DNA of 64,000 nucleotides from Cirrosporium novae-zelandiae (lineage: Eukaryota). The notes below the pieces were generated by a model that saw nothing but the letters and a program-made list of their open reading frames with translations, made no database searches and was not told the origin of the DNA. Where the stretch lies: the NCBI GenBank assembly GCA_026023565.1, contig JAPETS010000018.1:248001-312000 (forward strand), in the 5' to 3' direction. Positions 39,610-51,311 of the stretch are shown piece after piece; within the stretch, counting starts at the first letter, position 1; the number at the start of each line of letters is the position of its first letter. Made by a program: the position numbers and the translations under genes.

Positions 39610-40956
39610 ATGGCAGCTACTAAGATCTTAGAGGCACGCCTTGAACAATTGACTATCAATGACGAAAATGATCCCCATCACAATGGCCCTTATCATAAGA
39701 ACAAGGTATGCCATGAAGCTACGATATAATCTGCGAATAGCCCCTAACAAATTGCCAGGCCTCTGTCCCTACAAAACAAATATCAAATCACCAATCTCAG
39801 CTTACCTCTAATCCAAATCGGTCAAATCTCCTCAAAGTAGCTCTTCACCAGAACAGTGAGGCAAAGACCAATACCGCTACTACTATTACCCAAATCAAAG
39901 TTCCAAGTCAGACGGCGCAATGGAGAGGTTCTAGCGCTCCTGAAGTACAATCTCCCCCTCGAAGGAATGCCCATAGTTCATCCTCCTCCAGAAGCTCGGA
40001 GGAGTTACTCCAGAGACAGTCTGCTGCTTTATATGAGCAACCTCCAGCGCAACCGAAGAAATGGCATCTAGGCATGTTTGAAATCGGCAAACCTCTTGGC
40101 AAGGGCAAATTTGGGCGTGTGTATCTCGCAAAGGAGCGAACTACCGGCTTCGTATGCGCCCTGAAGGTCTTACATAAAAGCGAGCTACAGCAAGGTAAGA
40201 TTGAGAAGCAATTGCGACGAGAAATTGAGATTCAAAGTAATCTTGCGCACCCGAACGTCCTTCGCCTCTACGGTCATTTTCATGACAGCAAACGTGTTTT
40301 CCTCATCATCGAGTTTGCTGGGAAGGGCGAACTGTACAAGCATTTGCGCAAAGAAAACCGGTTTCCAGAATGGAAGGCTGCACAGTATGTTGCCCAAATG
40401 GCAGCTGCGTTAAAATACTTGCACAAGAAGCATATCATGCATCGAGATATAAAACCAGAAAATATTCTTGTCGGGATTCATGGAGAGATTAAGCTCAGTG
40501 ACTTTGGTTGGAGTGTTCATGCACCAAACAATCGCCGAAACACAATGTGCGGGACTCTTGACTACCTCCCCCCCGAGATGATTAAGCCCGGTAGCTCCGA
40601 CAACTATTACACCGAGAAGGTTGACCTTTGGAGTTTGGGTGTTTTGACATACGAATTCCTGGTTGGAGAGGCTCCTTTTGAAGACACCCCGGTCATGACC
40701 CAAAGAAGGATTGCAAGAGGCGAGATGACAGTCCCATCCTGGATTAGTCCGGAAGCAAGAGACTTGATAAAAAAGGTAAAGGTCTTCTAGACACGTGAAA
40801 GAAAGTTATTAACAATGGAAACAGCTCTTGGTTCTAGATCCTGAAAAACGTATTCCTTTGGAAGAAGTTGAAAAACATCCATGGATCCTCAAATACTGCG
40901 TCAAGGGAGAACGAGCAGCAGATCGAACCTCAGCAGGCAAGGACAGGAAATCTTAA
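39610..40956 (+). CDS. IPL1: Aurora kinase (Ipl1/Ark1)
   Basis: [38 protein letters not shown]; Aurora signature [27 protein letters not shown]. Introns ~39706-39758 and ~40776-40824. Confidence 0.97.
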
Positions 40957-41176
40957 CAGTGAGAATAGTTTTTTTTTCCTTGGCGTTTGTGTTATATTTG
41001 GGACTTTGGCGCTACTGAAATTGGAGTTAATCAGAAGGTTGTCAAGCGGCTCAGCGGGCATTGGATCGGAGTTTGGTCTACTATGGCATGCCCAAGTAGT
41101 TAAGATGCACTTCATGGAGATTTGTACCAGATAGGTTTTCCAACGAATAATGAATATCAATTGTAGAACATCTTCA

Positions 41177-42135
41177 TTAGCGAAATATTTCATCAAATGG
41201 TCTAGTGTCAGCAAAGCAACTGTCCCAGACCTCGTTTACTAGCTTTGCAGCTTGTACATCATCCTTAACACCCGGCCTTGCCCTTAGTGATAAAGCTGCC
41301 CTTCTTCGTACACATTCTTGGTGTTGTTCAGCAATTTTCCATCGTGTTCGTGAGAAGAACTCTCGAGTCCATCTACATTCACCACTTAATGACGACGCAC
41401 GGATCTATGATAAATGCATATCAGCAATCAAAAAAAAAAACTCTAGACAGATAGATCACTCGTAATCACAAGGAGGGCAGTAGTAGAACCAACCTCAGTA
41501 CAAGCGGCATGTCTCAAATTATTCTTCCAATCCATCTTAAACCTCAAATGATCGTACGCGTGCATCATCTCATGCGCTAGGGTATCTTCGATATGGCTCC
41601 GATTAATCATTTCGTTGGCGCATATCAGGATCCCGTAATTAGGGTCAAAGCCGCCGGCCTGACGAACGTGACATCTTCGACAGCGAATGTTGGTGCTGTT
41701 GAGGTCGCCGCCCAGCTTGTTGAGGCTTTGGCGGAGGAAGACTATCATTGAGCCTTTTTTTTTGAACGTCAGTTCTGCTACTATGAATTGGATATATCCA
41801 CTACCCCAACATTAAAAAAAAAGGAGCAAGAGAAAGAGAAAGAAAAACGTACTATTAGTCAACAAGAAATCCCTACTATCCTCGCACCTCTTACAATCCG
41901 CCTCTTCATTCCGATCATCCTTTGCGATCCGGTACTTCTCCCGCCCTTCATCCGACATCCGGCCAGACAGAATCGCGAATATGTTTCGCCATCTCGTGGT
42001 GAAATTATCCGTGGGGTCATAATCAACTTTGTTGCTACCTGAGGCTCGGGGTTCTGAGGCCGTTGCTAGCGGTGCTTGTGGTGATTCTGGTGCGGGGGTC
42101 GAGTCCGCGGCGGGGGAGGAGGAGGAGGAGGTCAT
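41177..42135 (-). CDS. ATP23: Mitochondrial inner membrane metalloprotease Atp23 (M76)
   Basis: [79 protein letters not shown]. Confidence 0.96.
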
Positions 42136-43000
42136 TGATTGGTAGGGTATAAGTTTTATTGTTTCTTTTTCTCTAGTCTTTTTATCGGAGAGATGGAGGG
42201 GAAGAGAGGGATGGAGTGGAGTGGAGGGCGGAACGACCGAATGGTTGTCGAGAATGTAGCTTCGAAATTATTTTTATGAAAGGTTGTGTCCCTTGCTGGA
42301 TTGAAGTTGGGAGGAAGAGAAAGGGAACGAAGCAAATGGGTGGTATCGGAGGTTTGGTCGACTACATAATAAACACACGGAAGCCCGGGAGTGCCAGGGC
42401 GTAGGTAGTTGAATAAATTTTCTTTTTGATAAACTATTTCATTAACTGATTATATTGATTGTTCAATGAAAAATATCGTGTGGGATATAGTCAAGAAATT
42501 TGCGCAACGGGAATTTCTACGTTCCGGACTTTTCTTTTCGGTTATCTATCTGGGATTCGATGTGGTTGGTACCCATTTACAGTAGTTATCGAAAAGGGTT
42601 TGATTGGAGAGTACTCTCGAACTCTCTTACATCCTTGCTCAGGCTTGCTCTATTTTTCTTCCCTTGATTTGATTTTGGGTTGGCTAGGTTGCTGATTTAG
42701 CTACGAAGGGATATGTTGGCGAGAGTGAGCGTTTGGAATAATATTGCTGCTAGAATAATATGAGAAGTAGTGGGATGAAAATAGAACTGTCGATTCACGA
42801 CTTGGACAGTTACAAAAGAACTATGTTGCGTACAGCTAGAAATGGGAGGGAGGCACATTTTTGGTGTTGAAGATCAATTAATATTTAGCAAACACCTAGT
42901 ACATGAAATTCGTCATCTATCCAGATAGATCTACATCATTGCCCTTCTTCCAGAGAAGCCCAAATATGCAAGAATCACAGATTCCCGCACACCTCTAAAC

Positions 43001-44185
43001 TCATGCAATGTACGACAAGGCCCGGCGTCGCACATGTCTATTGTTCGAGTTGCTACTTGCAGATGCTGAGGCAGTCGCAGCTGAACCACCTGCTGTCAAG
43101 GCTATTAGGGAATTCCCAAGTCAGTCTCTGGAAAAACCAATTGAAAATAGAACAGAGAATGGGACCAGTAGCTTACCAGCGATAACAGCTGCGTTCTGCT
43201 CCGCTTCACTCGACCCAGCAACCTTGTTTGCTTTGATTGCTGCAGGAAGATCAGCCTTGTTGACTTGGACCTGCGCCAGAACATCGGCGAGTTTTTGGGC
43301 TGTTGTGATGTCACTTGCTGTTTGATTGGAATTGGATCGGCCTGAGTTGTCTGATTGTTGGACGGCGAAACAACCACCAAAAGGTCCGGCTAAGGCATTG
43401 TTCCTGCAGCGAACGGTACAGACGTTGCCGGTGGATGCTAAAACGACGTGTTGGTATACTCTGTAAGTTCAAGAATAGATGGATTGGGTGAGCTTACCTC
43501 CGATACAGTTGAGATCTTCAGGTAGGGCCACGTTGATGACAAAGTTCTTTTCTTTGGCTTGTGATAGTCCGTTGGTGCCAGGAACATTGTTCGAGACTGT
43601 CAGGTTTCTCAAAACGCCAGAATTACCTGCAGCATTTCAATTAACGATCTGTAAATTACGAGCAATTTCGAGAGAGAGTCAAACATACTGGTTTCATCAA
43701 CATCGCACTCGTATGGGCCAGCTCCATCAGCATTCACCTATTCTTAATGTTAGCGTAATTTGACCAATAATACGAGAACTAAGCGTACTTGATGGATCGT
43801 AACGGCTAAAGTTGACCCCTTGGTGACCGAAGTGACTCGATTTTTAGCTAATTCATTCTCGGTCTGCTCTCCAACATCGATATTTCCGGCGAGTTCGGTA
43901 CGTCCACATTCGTTGACAACGTTCGCCTTGATCTCTGCATCTCGTATAATGGTAGAATCCTGTTGGCATGGACTGATTGATGTGCAATTTCGTGCAATCT
44001 GCTGTTCGACTATATAGCAAGGAAATGTTAGCTGGATGAATTGATGGATATGGATGTGGGCTTGGGTGTTATGTACCAAGAAAGCCTTGGCTAGTGCCCT
44101 TATCCCCTTCTGCTTTTAATATTACTCCATGAGAATGAACCAATGAAAGACAGCCCATAAAGGCAAGTAGGGTAAAATAACGCAT
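43001..44185 (-). CDS. Secreted Egh16/GAS1-like (DUF3129) protein, 5 exons
   Basis: Signal peptide MRYFTLLAFMGCLSLVHS then HGVI; ARNCTSISPCQQDSTIIRDAEI; CGRTELAGNID; TIHQ|VNADGAGPYECDVD; GNVCTVRCRNNALAGPFGGCFAVQQ. Confidence 0.9.
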
Positions 44186-45795
44186 CGTGATTTGGAAGAA
44201 AAAGACAGTGCCCAGCACGAAAAACTGAAGTATATAGAAGGATAAGGGATCTCCGGTATCCCAGGTTGAAAAGAAAGATGAGAAAATGCGAAGATGCAGA
44301 AGCTTGTGCTGGACAAAATCAGATCATATTGGCCATTCTTTGGTAATTATATTCTACAAGAAACTGTTCCATCATCCCCAGTCAGCCAGTGGATTACTGC
44401 CGTATTTCCGGTCGAGACATGTATTGGAACAGTGGTGAGGCTTCAAAACGACCATAGACATAGGGATAGCAGTTCTCTTGACGCGCAGGTGGGTCTGACA
44501 GGAATCAAAACTTGTGAAGTGTAAAGTTAGCATTTCATCGATATGATAGACAATTTTTGGTGTGGTTAGGAATCATTCTTTGGCATAAAACCCAATGACT
44601 CGCGCAACCCCGGACAGATCCGCATGTTAGTGTAAACCGTCCAAGTTTATTTGAACGCTGCACGCAAGCTCTTGGCAATTTTTAACCAATTATATTTAAT
44701 AGATTTATGGGGATTTTGAACGACGATGTTTGAGATGACTCGAACGCTTCCGGAGTTACTATGCAATAACTCTTTTTGCCCAGTGGATAGATCTTGTCAC
44801 GTCCAAGTGGATCTTATCCCTGAATATTTAAGCTTGAAGCATCAAAGGTCGGGGCACCTTGTAAAGAAGCTTGAAATCAATGCAATAGCTATGACCTGCA
44901 TCATATTTCTCCATTTGATCTATTCGTCTCGAGTAGCTCTTGAATATCCTGGAATATTATCCAGCCACTCGTTTATACCTGACGTGGTCGTCTGGTCTAG
45001 TCGGTACCATATGCCGTAAGGAGGTATTTCCTTTACCTTCATCGAGTTCCGTATCTGCTAAGAATTGAAGCTTTCTGCTCCTATCGAGGTATTCCTTGTT
45101 TACTTGCATAACCGTTGTTAAATGTTCGGTTCTAATTGCTGCTCATTGAGGTGGTGTGACCGAATATTAGCCAAAGGATGCTTTGTTACGGCCAAATTCA
45201 TTGAGGCCGGTTGATGGAGCGATTAGGACGATGGCTAGCATGTAAGAATCTCCATGTCAGCATTTGCACCTAGAAAACTTTCATTAGCAGAGCTTTGAGA
45301 GAATTTCCAATACTCAACCGAAACTTGTGTGAGGACATGGTATCTCAAGGAGGACCCCAATAACTACCAGTAAATGCCTTAGTTCTGGGGCCTCGGATAT
45401 TTCTCCGCCTGGCTTCACTTTTACCCGAAAGGGAATTTTGCAGTCAACAAATGAGCTGCTTACTTAGACGAATACAGCTTGCTAGCAAATAAACTTGTAC
45501 AGCAAAAGTTCGCTCTTTAGCTTGGTGCTGTATGATATGAGCTATTGTGACAATACTTCAACTTCTATTCATTCAATGGCTATTCTGTCCCTTAGCTGAT
45601 GGACCTCGCTCATTTACTTTTTCATTCATCTCTGATCTCAATATCAGGCTCAACAATCATTCTTTCTTCCCACTTCTCACTTTTTTTTTGTCCCTCTTCT
45701 TACCCACTTTCGTTTATCGGGGGTCCCCTATCGTCATTCTCGCCTGATTGACTATTACATTCATTTCATCTCATCTCTTACCCCAACCACGGAAG

Positions 45796-46940
45796 ATGTC
45801 TACAAATATAAGTGGTGTGAAGACAGAGTGCCCTGATCACTCTGATCTGGTATGCATCCGATGCTCTAAACTTGGGTATGAATGCCTCCATGCCGGCGAC
45901 GGATCTCCCTGTCTGGCATGCTACGCTGCCGATTACAGGGGTGAAGGTCGATTCTTTGGTTGCACGCTCCACGACGGCCCGTCTAGATGCAAGAAAAAGA
46001 GTGATATCTCAGCCACAGTCGATTCAGACAAGAATGATGACGGTCCTGGCAAGATACCCGCTCCACCACCAGATGAAGAAATTCTGAAAAGGTAAAACCG
46101 ACTTTTGAGATATAGTTCATCATTCCCTACTGACCAACATGCAGGGTCACTTTCCACATCCCCAATCAACGTCTTCTTCTCGGCTACACAGTACGTGGTA
46201 AAGAGATTTACTACCAGCCCGTAGAGAACGAAAGAGGATTACCTTATTTCCTAGGAAAGAATGGCACCTCCAAGGCACGCAAAAAGGATTTCAGAAAGTA
46301 CCAAAGCGGCATCATCGGTCTGCAGGGGGAATACCAACTCAAAGTCCACAGTATCTGGGAGGCCTGCGTAAAAGCCAGCAGCGCAACAGAAAACATGGGA
46401 TTAGTGTCACCAGTAACGCCTAAAAAGCGACAAGCGCTCTCCCTTCTTTCATCTCCTATCGGCAAAATTCCGAAGACAGAGAGCACCTCAGGCGACAGCA
46501 CTCAAGGGAGTCCACCATCGTCCTACCTCGGCCACTTCCAGCTAGCCAGTCCAGTCACCCCAACTTCCAATTCAAGTTTTCTCCTTTCATCCCATTTCCC
46601 CCAAACCCCCTCCACCCCCTTCTCATTCACCTATTCCACCCCTCCCACCCCCACCTCCTCAATCTCCTCAATCTCCTCATTCTCTCCCCCCGGAGTTCTC
46701 CCTAGCTTCCTACCTCGAGTCAATCCCGCACAGCCACTGCAGTCTCTCTATCTGGACCTTGCATCCTTCCTCCTCCGCCAGGCAGGATCGCTAACCCTAA
46801 CGTCTCCAACAACAACAACAACAACAACAACAACTCTAACTTCTTGCCTCGAAACCCATCGTGCCCGCCTTCTTGACAGCGGATACACGGACCTGGCACG
46901 TCGATTGGAACATCTGTTGGATGTAGAGATGATGGAATGA
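45796..46940 (+). CDS. Hypothetical 363-aa protein with a Zn(II)2Cys6-like N-terminal cysteine cluster and an S/T/P-rich C-half
   Basis: Exons 45796-46091 and 46145-46940 join in frame across a GT-AG intron with a CTGAC branch. CIRCSKLGYECLHAGDGSPCLAC-x13-C; basic TPKKR. Confidence 0.65.
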
Positions 46941-47199
46941 ATTTGGAGTGTATGTGCATACATGTGCAATTCAGATTCGGATTGGTTCCGCTTGGTGGAA
47001 TGATTGGTTGATTGATTGGTGGGAGTTCCCAATCATGTTACACATTACAAGTTACATGCTTGCTGTACTCGGTTATAAACGCAACATGTGTACTTTAAGT
47101 ATGTGGCATACAATGGATGCATGCATGTCTGTATGTCTGGATCAATGCGTTCATCGTTCGTTTCAGGCCTTCTGAGAGTAGGTACAGTAGCTCAGGCAG

Positions 47200-48070
47200 T
47201 TAGGTTAAAAAACACACGAACAAAAAAATTGGTTTTGCAATATATTGTGAGTGGTTCTTAATTCGTAATGTGTAGAGAGGGATTATAAATTATAGGGCTT
47301 AAGGTATAACCAACAACTTGAATGCAGAGACCACAAGTCCGCAGGTCCCAATCAACTACTATATCCCATCCCTACACTAGCTATAGGCCCAAACCATCCA
47401 GATAATATATATATATATATAAATCCCAAACGCAATCACATTGAATAAACCCACAGACAAAACAAAACAAGGCCATATAACCAGTCATTATCCACCATCA
47501 ACCATCCTATCCTATCCTATCCTCACCACCTACCTCCCCAACTCCAAAAGTCCAAGTAATTATATAAACTATCAAAAAAATAAAAATAAAAAGAGCAGAG
47601 AAAAAAGCCAAAGCCAAAAGTAAACATTAGTAATTAGTTAATTAAATAATTAATTATCCCACAAAGCCTCATCCCATCATCATCATCATCATCATTAAAA
47701 ATGTTAAAGATGTTAAAAATTCCTCCTATTAGACTGACGCCCCATAAAAAAACCCCCCCGTTGGACTCTCACACGTAGGTGAAAGAAAGAAAAAAAAGAA
47801 AAAAAAAGGGAAAAGCACTTACCCAACAATCCACTCATAAAATCAGATCATACCATGTCTTATTTCTTCATCACTTAAGCACTTAGGTACTTACTATCCC
47901 GTGCTTCTACCATGGATGGAATAAATTGCAAGTTGCAAAAAATAAATAAATAAAATAATAAGAATATATATATATATATACACACACATTAACAACTATA
48001 TCTTAGTAATCAAATTTATGAAATACAGCTTCTTTCTTTTCTTTCACCCCCCCCCCCCCTCTTTAAATTA
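47200..48070. repeat. AT-rich low-complexity intergenic tract with microsatellites
   Basis: (AT)n at ~47405 and ~47965, (CAT)n at ~47675, (ATCCT)n, (AAAT)n, poly-A and poly-C runs. Confidence 0.7.
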
Positions 48071-48535
48071 AATTTAACTTCAAGTTTTGGGTATAGAGTA
48101 TACCCACATCCATACCCGCATACGTGTCAAACGTGGTGGTGTGTGTTTTTTGCTGACTGAGTTATTAAATAATCTGGAGGTGGTGCGTGGACAAAGTTGA
48201 AAGAGGAAAGGTATCTTATATACTCATTATCCCAGGTATCTTTTAGAATGGTTAACATTGACTACCCTTGATTATGCATTGATTGGCCTTTGTGGAGAAG
48301 AAGTAGTAGTCTATATGATTTTTATGGAATTTTTCTAATTTCAATTCTTGTTGAAATCTAAGATGGGATATATATATGAAAGGGAATGTCCGCCATAACC
48401 TGAAGGCGACATGCGGATAACAAAATGAATAGTCATCATTTATGAAAGGGGGAAATAAAATCCATGAGCGAAATAATTAAAATGTAATAGCTTTAAATTG
48501 CGATATACATAAGTAAGGAATTTCCTCCCCTCTCT

Positions 48536-50546
48536 CTAGAAGATCATGTTTTCTGCCTTACGAAACTGGACCATAGGACCCTCTTTCAGACTTGTAAAGA
48601 TATCTCGTAGCTGATACTCCTCGGGGAGATGTCGGCCATATTCCCACTCTACTCGTCCTTCGCCGACGTGTGTTCCTGGAGTTAACCGCATGTCGTAGAG
48701 AAACACTGTTCGGGCAACTGTCGCTAAAAGTTCAACATATGCCATGCCCTTACCTATGCAGCCACGCGGACCTTGGCTAAAGGGACAGAATACGGATTGA
48801 GCAAGGTGTACATCACTGTTGGGAAGAAACGTAGGAGAGAGGTCATTTATCCAGCGTTCGGGGATGTAGGAGAAAGGCTGGGGATAATAGGAAGGGTTGT
48901 GGTGGATGCCATAGATTGGGACACCAACAACAGTCCCAGCGGGAATGAAATGGCCATCAATCTCCATTCCGCCTGTAAGAACTTCCCGAGGCATAAGACC
49001 CCCAACAGGAGGGGAAAGACGCATGGCCTCGTCAATACATGCTCGGAGATATGTACAAGAATTCAAGGTCGGACCGGAATGAATATCTTCGACATTACTG
49101 AAGGTCCTACGTATCTCCTTGGTAAGGGTCGAAAGAGTTTGAGGATTATGCAGTAGATAGAAGAAGGTGCTCGCCAAAGCCGTAGAGGTAGTATCCGATC
49201 CAGCAATAATGAGAAGATTGCTCTCTCCCCAGAGCTCGGAGGTGGCAAAACCTTTGCCAGTCTCGGGATCTTTTGCTTTAAGGAGGTAATAGAAAAAATC
49301 TTTGCGGTCAGCATCCAAACCAAGTTTCGTACGTTCACCAGCCTGCTTTTTGCTATATTTCATATAGACTTCCCGTGTAGAGGATATTTTAGGGAATAAG
49401 ATCTTATCTAAATGCACTTCGTGGATGATTGGTAGTGTTCCACAAGTGTTGTGTCGACGAGCAGCATTTTCAAGTAAATGGATCACAAATCGGTTGTCTG
49501 GTTTGTCCAGCACCTCAAATGCCTTTCCAAAACACAAGTCTCCCATCACATCGAAAGACAGATAGCCAGCACGCTGGCCAATGTCGAAGGATGGCCCCCA
49601 TTCGGAGGGATCTTTCATGGATTTGGTATCAAGTCCAGCGTTGACCAACTTTTCTTTCCCATTAAACGGAGCACAAAATTTGCGGATATGAACTAGCATG
49701 TGATTCTCCATTGCCTTGATGGCCGAATCAGAGAATGCTTGGGAGAGGACTCGTCTCTTTCTTGCGTGGATGGTTTTGTTGATGCAACTATGCGTACTAA
49801 AGGCATCCTTTGTCGCTGGGAACACAGAATAGAACTGGGATTTCTGGTTATTTGCTTTGAAGCCGTAAATCTCTTTCAGGGCAGATTCGGTGTTGAAAGA
49901 TAGAGAGTTGGGACCGAATCGAAAAACAGATCCTTGATCAATTTAGCAAAAGCACACTTCAGGCTACCCCAGGGTTCAGACAAAGATGTACCATATTTCT
50001 CATGGCACCTATAGAATTCTATGTGTCGGTCACATTTCCATGCATGATATACCGAATACCTATAGTGCATTAGAAGACCTCAGTTAATGTAACCAGTTTG
50101 AAGACAATTGACAAGATCTTTGCTTGGGGCCGCAGCGAAAACCACGGAAGAGGCTTATCATCACCCCATGGAATGCATCAATTAAGAGGGCCAACCACAA
50201 ATATGATTTTGAATATACAACATCCTCTGGCATATCATTTATCCCACCAAGTCCAAATATTGCTTCACACCTAAGGCAGAGTTGCTCATATTTGGGCCAC
50301 TCACCAATCGGTAATCTTTGCCCAGAATGGTCCGGGGTATTTGGCTAGTGGATGCAAAGTAAGGCGATATACAATTACAACGACAACCTAAATCCATCAT
50401 GTTAGGTCTTTAAGCTTGTTGAAATCCAAGGTTCTTACAAATATAGTCAAACATATGATGGATGCAGACGTAATAAGAGCTATTCCTCGCCAAAAGGCAC
50501 TAAGAGAAGAGGAAGCGGTTGAGGTGTCAAAGGCCTGGAAGAGCAT
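48536..50546 (-). CDS. Cytochrome P450 monooxygenase; substrate unknown
   Basis: N-terminal TM then YRLTLHPLAKYPGP; I-helix AGSDTTS; K-helix EAMR; PERW; heme motif PFSQGPRGCIG. Introns ~50438-50388, ~50304-50060, 49991-49933. Confidence 0.96.
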
Positions 50547-51311
50547 GATGAGATATGTCATAGAAAATAGTACCAAATGGAGTGGTTTTTATTGTCAACT
50601 TCAGCTGGGTAGTTATATATAATAGCCAGGTCTCAGAATAGACCGGCCGAGCCAAAGGATTTTCCCGGTGGTAAGCGGCTGGAAGGGCCATGATTAGTTG
50701 GGTGAAGATAAAGAGATCGAAAGTTCGTTTCTTTGTGTGATGATGATGGCGATGCATAAAAGCTGGTAGGTTTTTGTCTGTTAGGAAGGATTTGCGGGGT
50801 GTGGAAAGCCCACGCAGATGACCCAATGACCCAATGACCTAATGTGCCGAAAAGCCGTGATTATCCGCAACTTGTTAACTAACTTTGGTAAAAGACCTGT
50901 AAGCTTACTTGAATCTTTATTTGACTATCATCATTATTGACTTTGTTCATCTCATCACACTATCAAGATGCCATTACCAGAGATTCCGATTTGTACAGTA
51001 CATGTACCACAGTATGAGACAAGATACTAACCCCGTCATTACCGACAATAGCCGCCAGATGATCATGACAAATTAAAAATAAACAAAAGATGCTTACGGT
51101 CTGGGGCTAGTATTAAACTTTTAGGGTCGATTATTCCAGAGCTATGAAAGCGTGGACCTATCCTACGTCAACTCTTTCAAACTCACGAGGGTATCATTGC
51201 CATCAGTACAGCCTATTCAATCACAGTATCCAACAAATTCCAGTCATTCAATTTTATCCTCTCAATGGCATAAACCATTTAAGCCTCCCCAAAATTCATG
51301 TGATTCAACAT

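Noticed and set aside
47000..48500. Transposon relic or RIP-degraded element
   Set aside because: AT-rich microsatellite mosaic with no terminal repeats or transposase/RT remnants visible.
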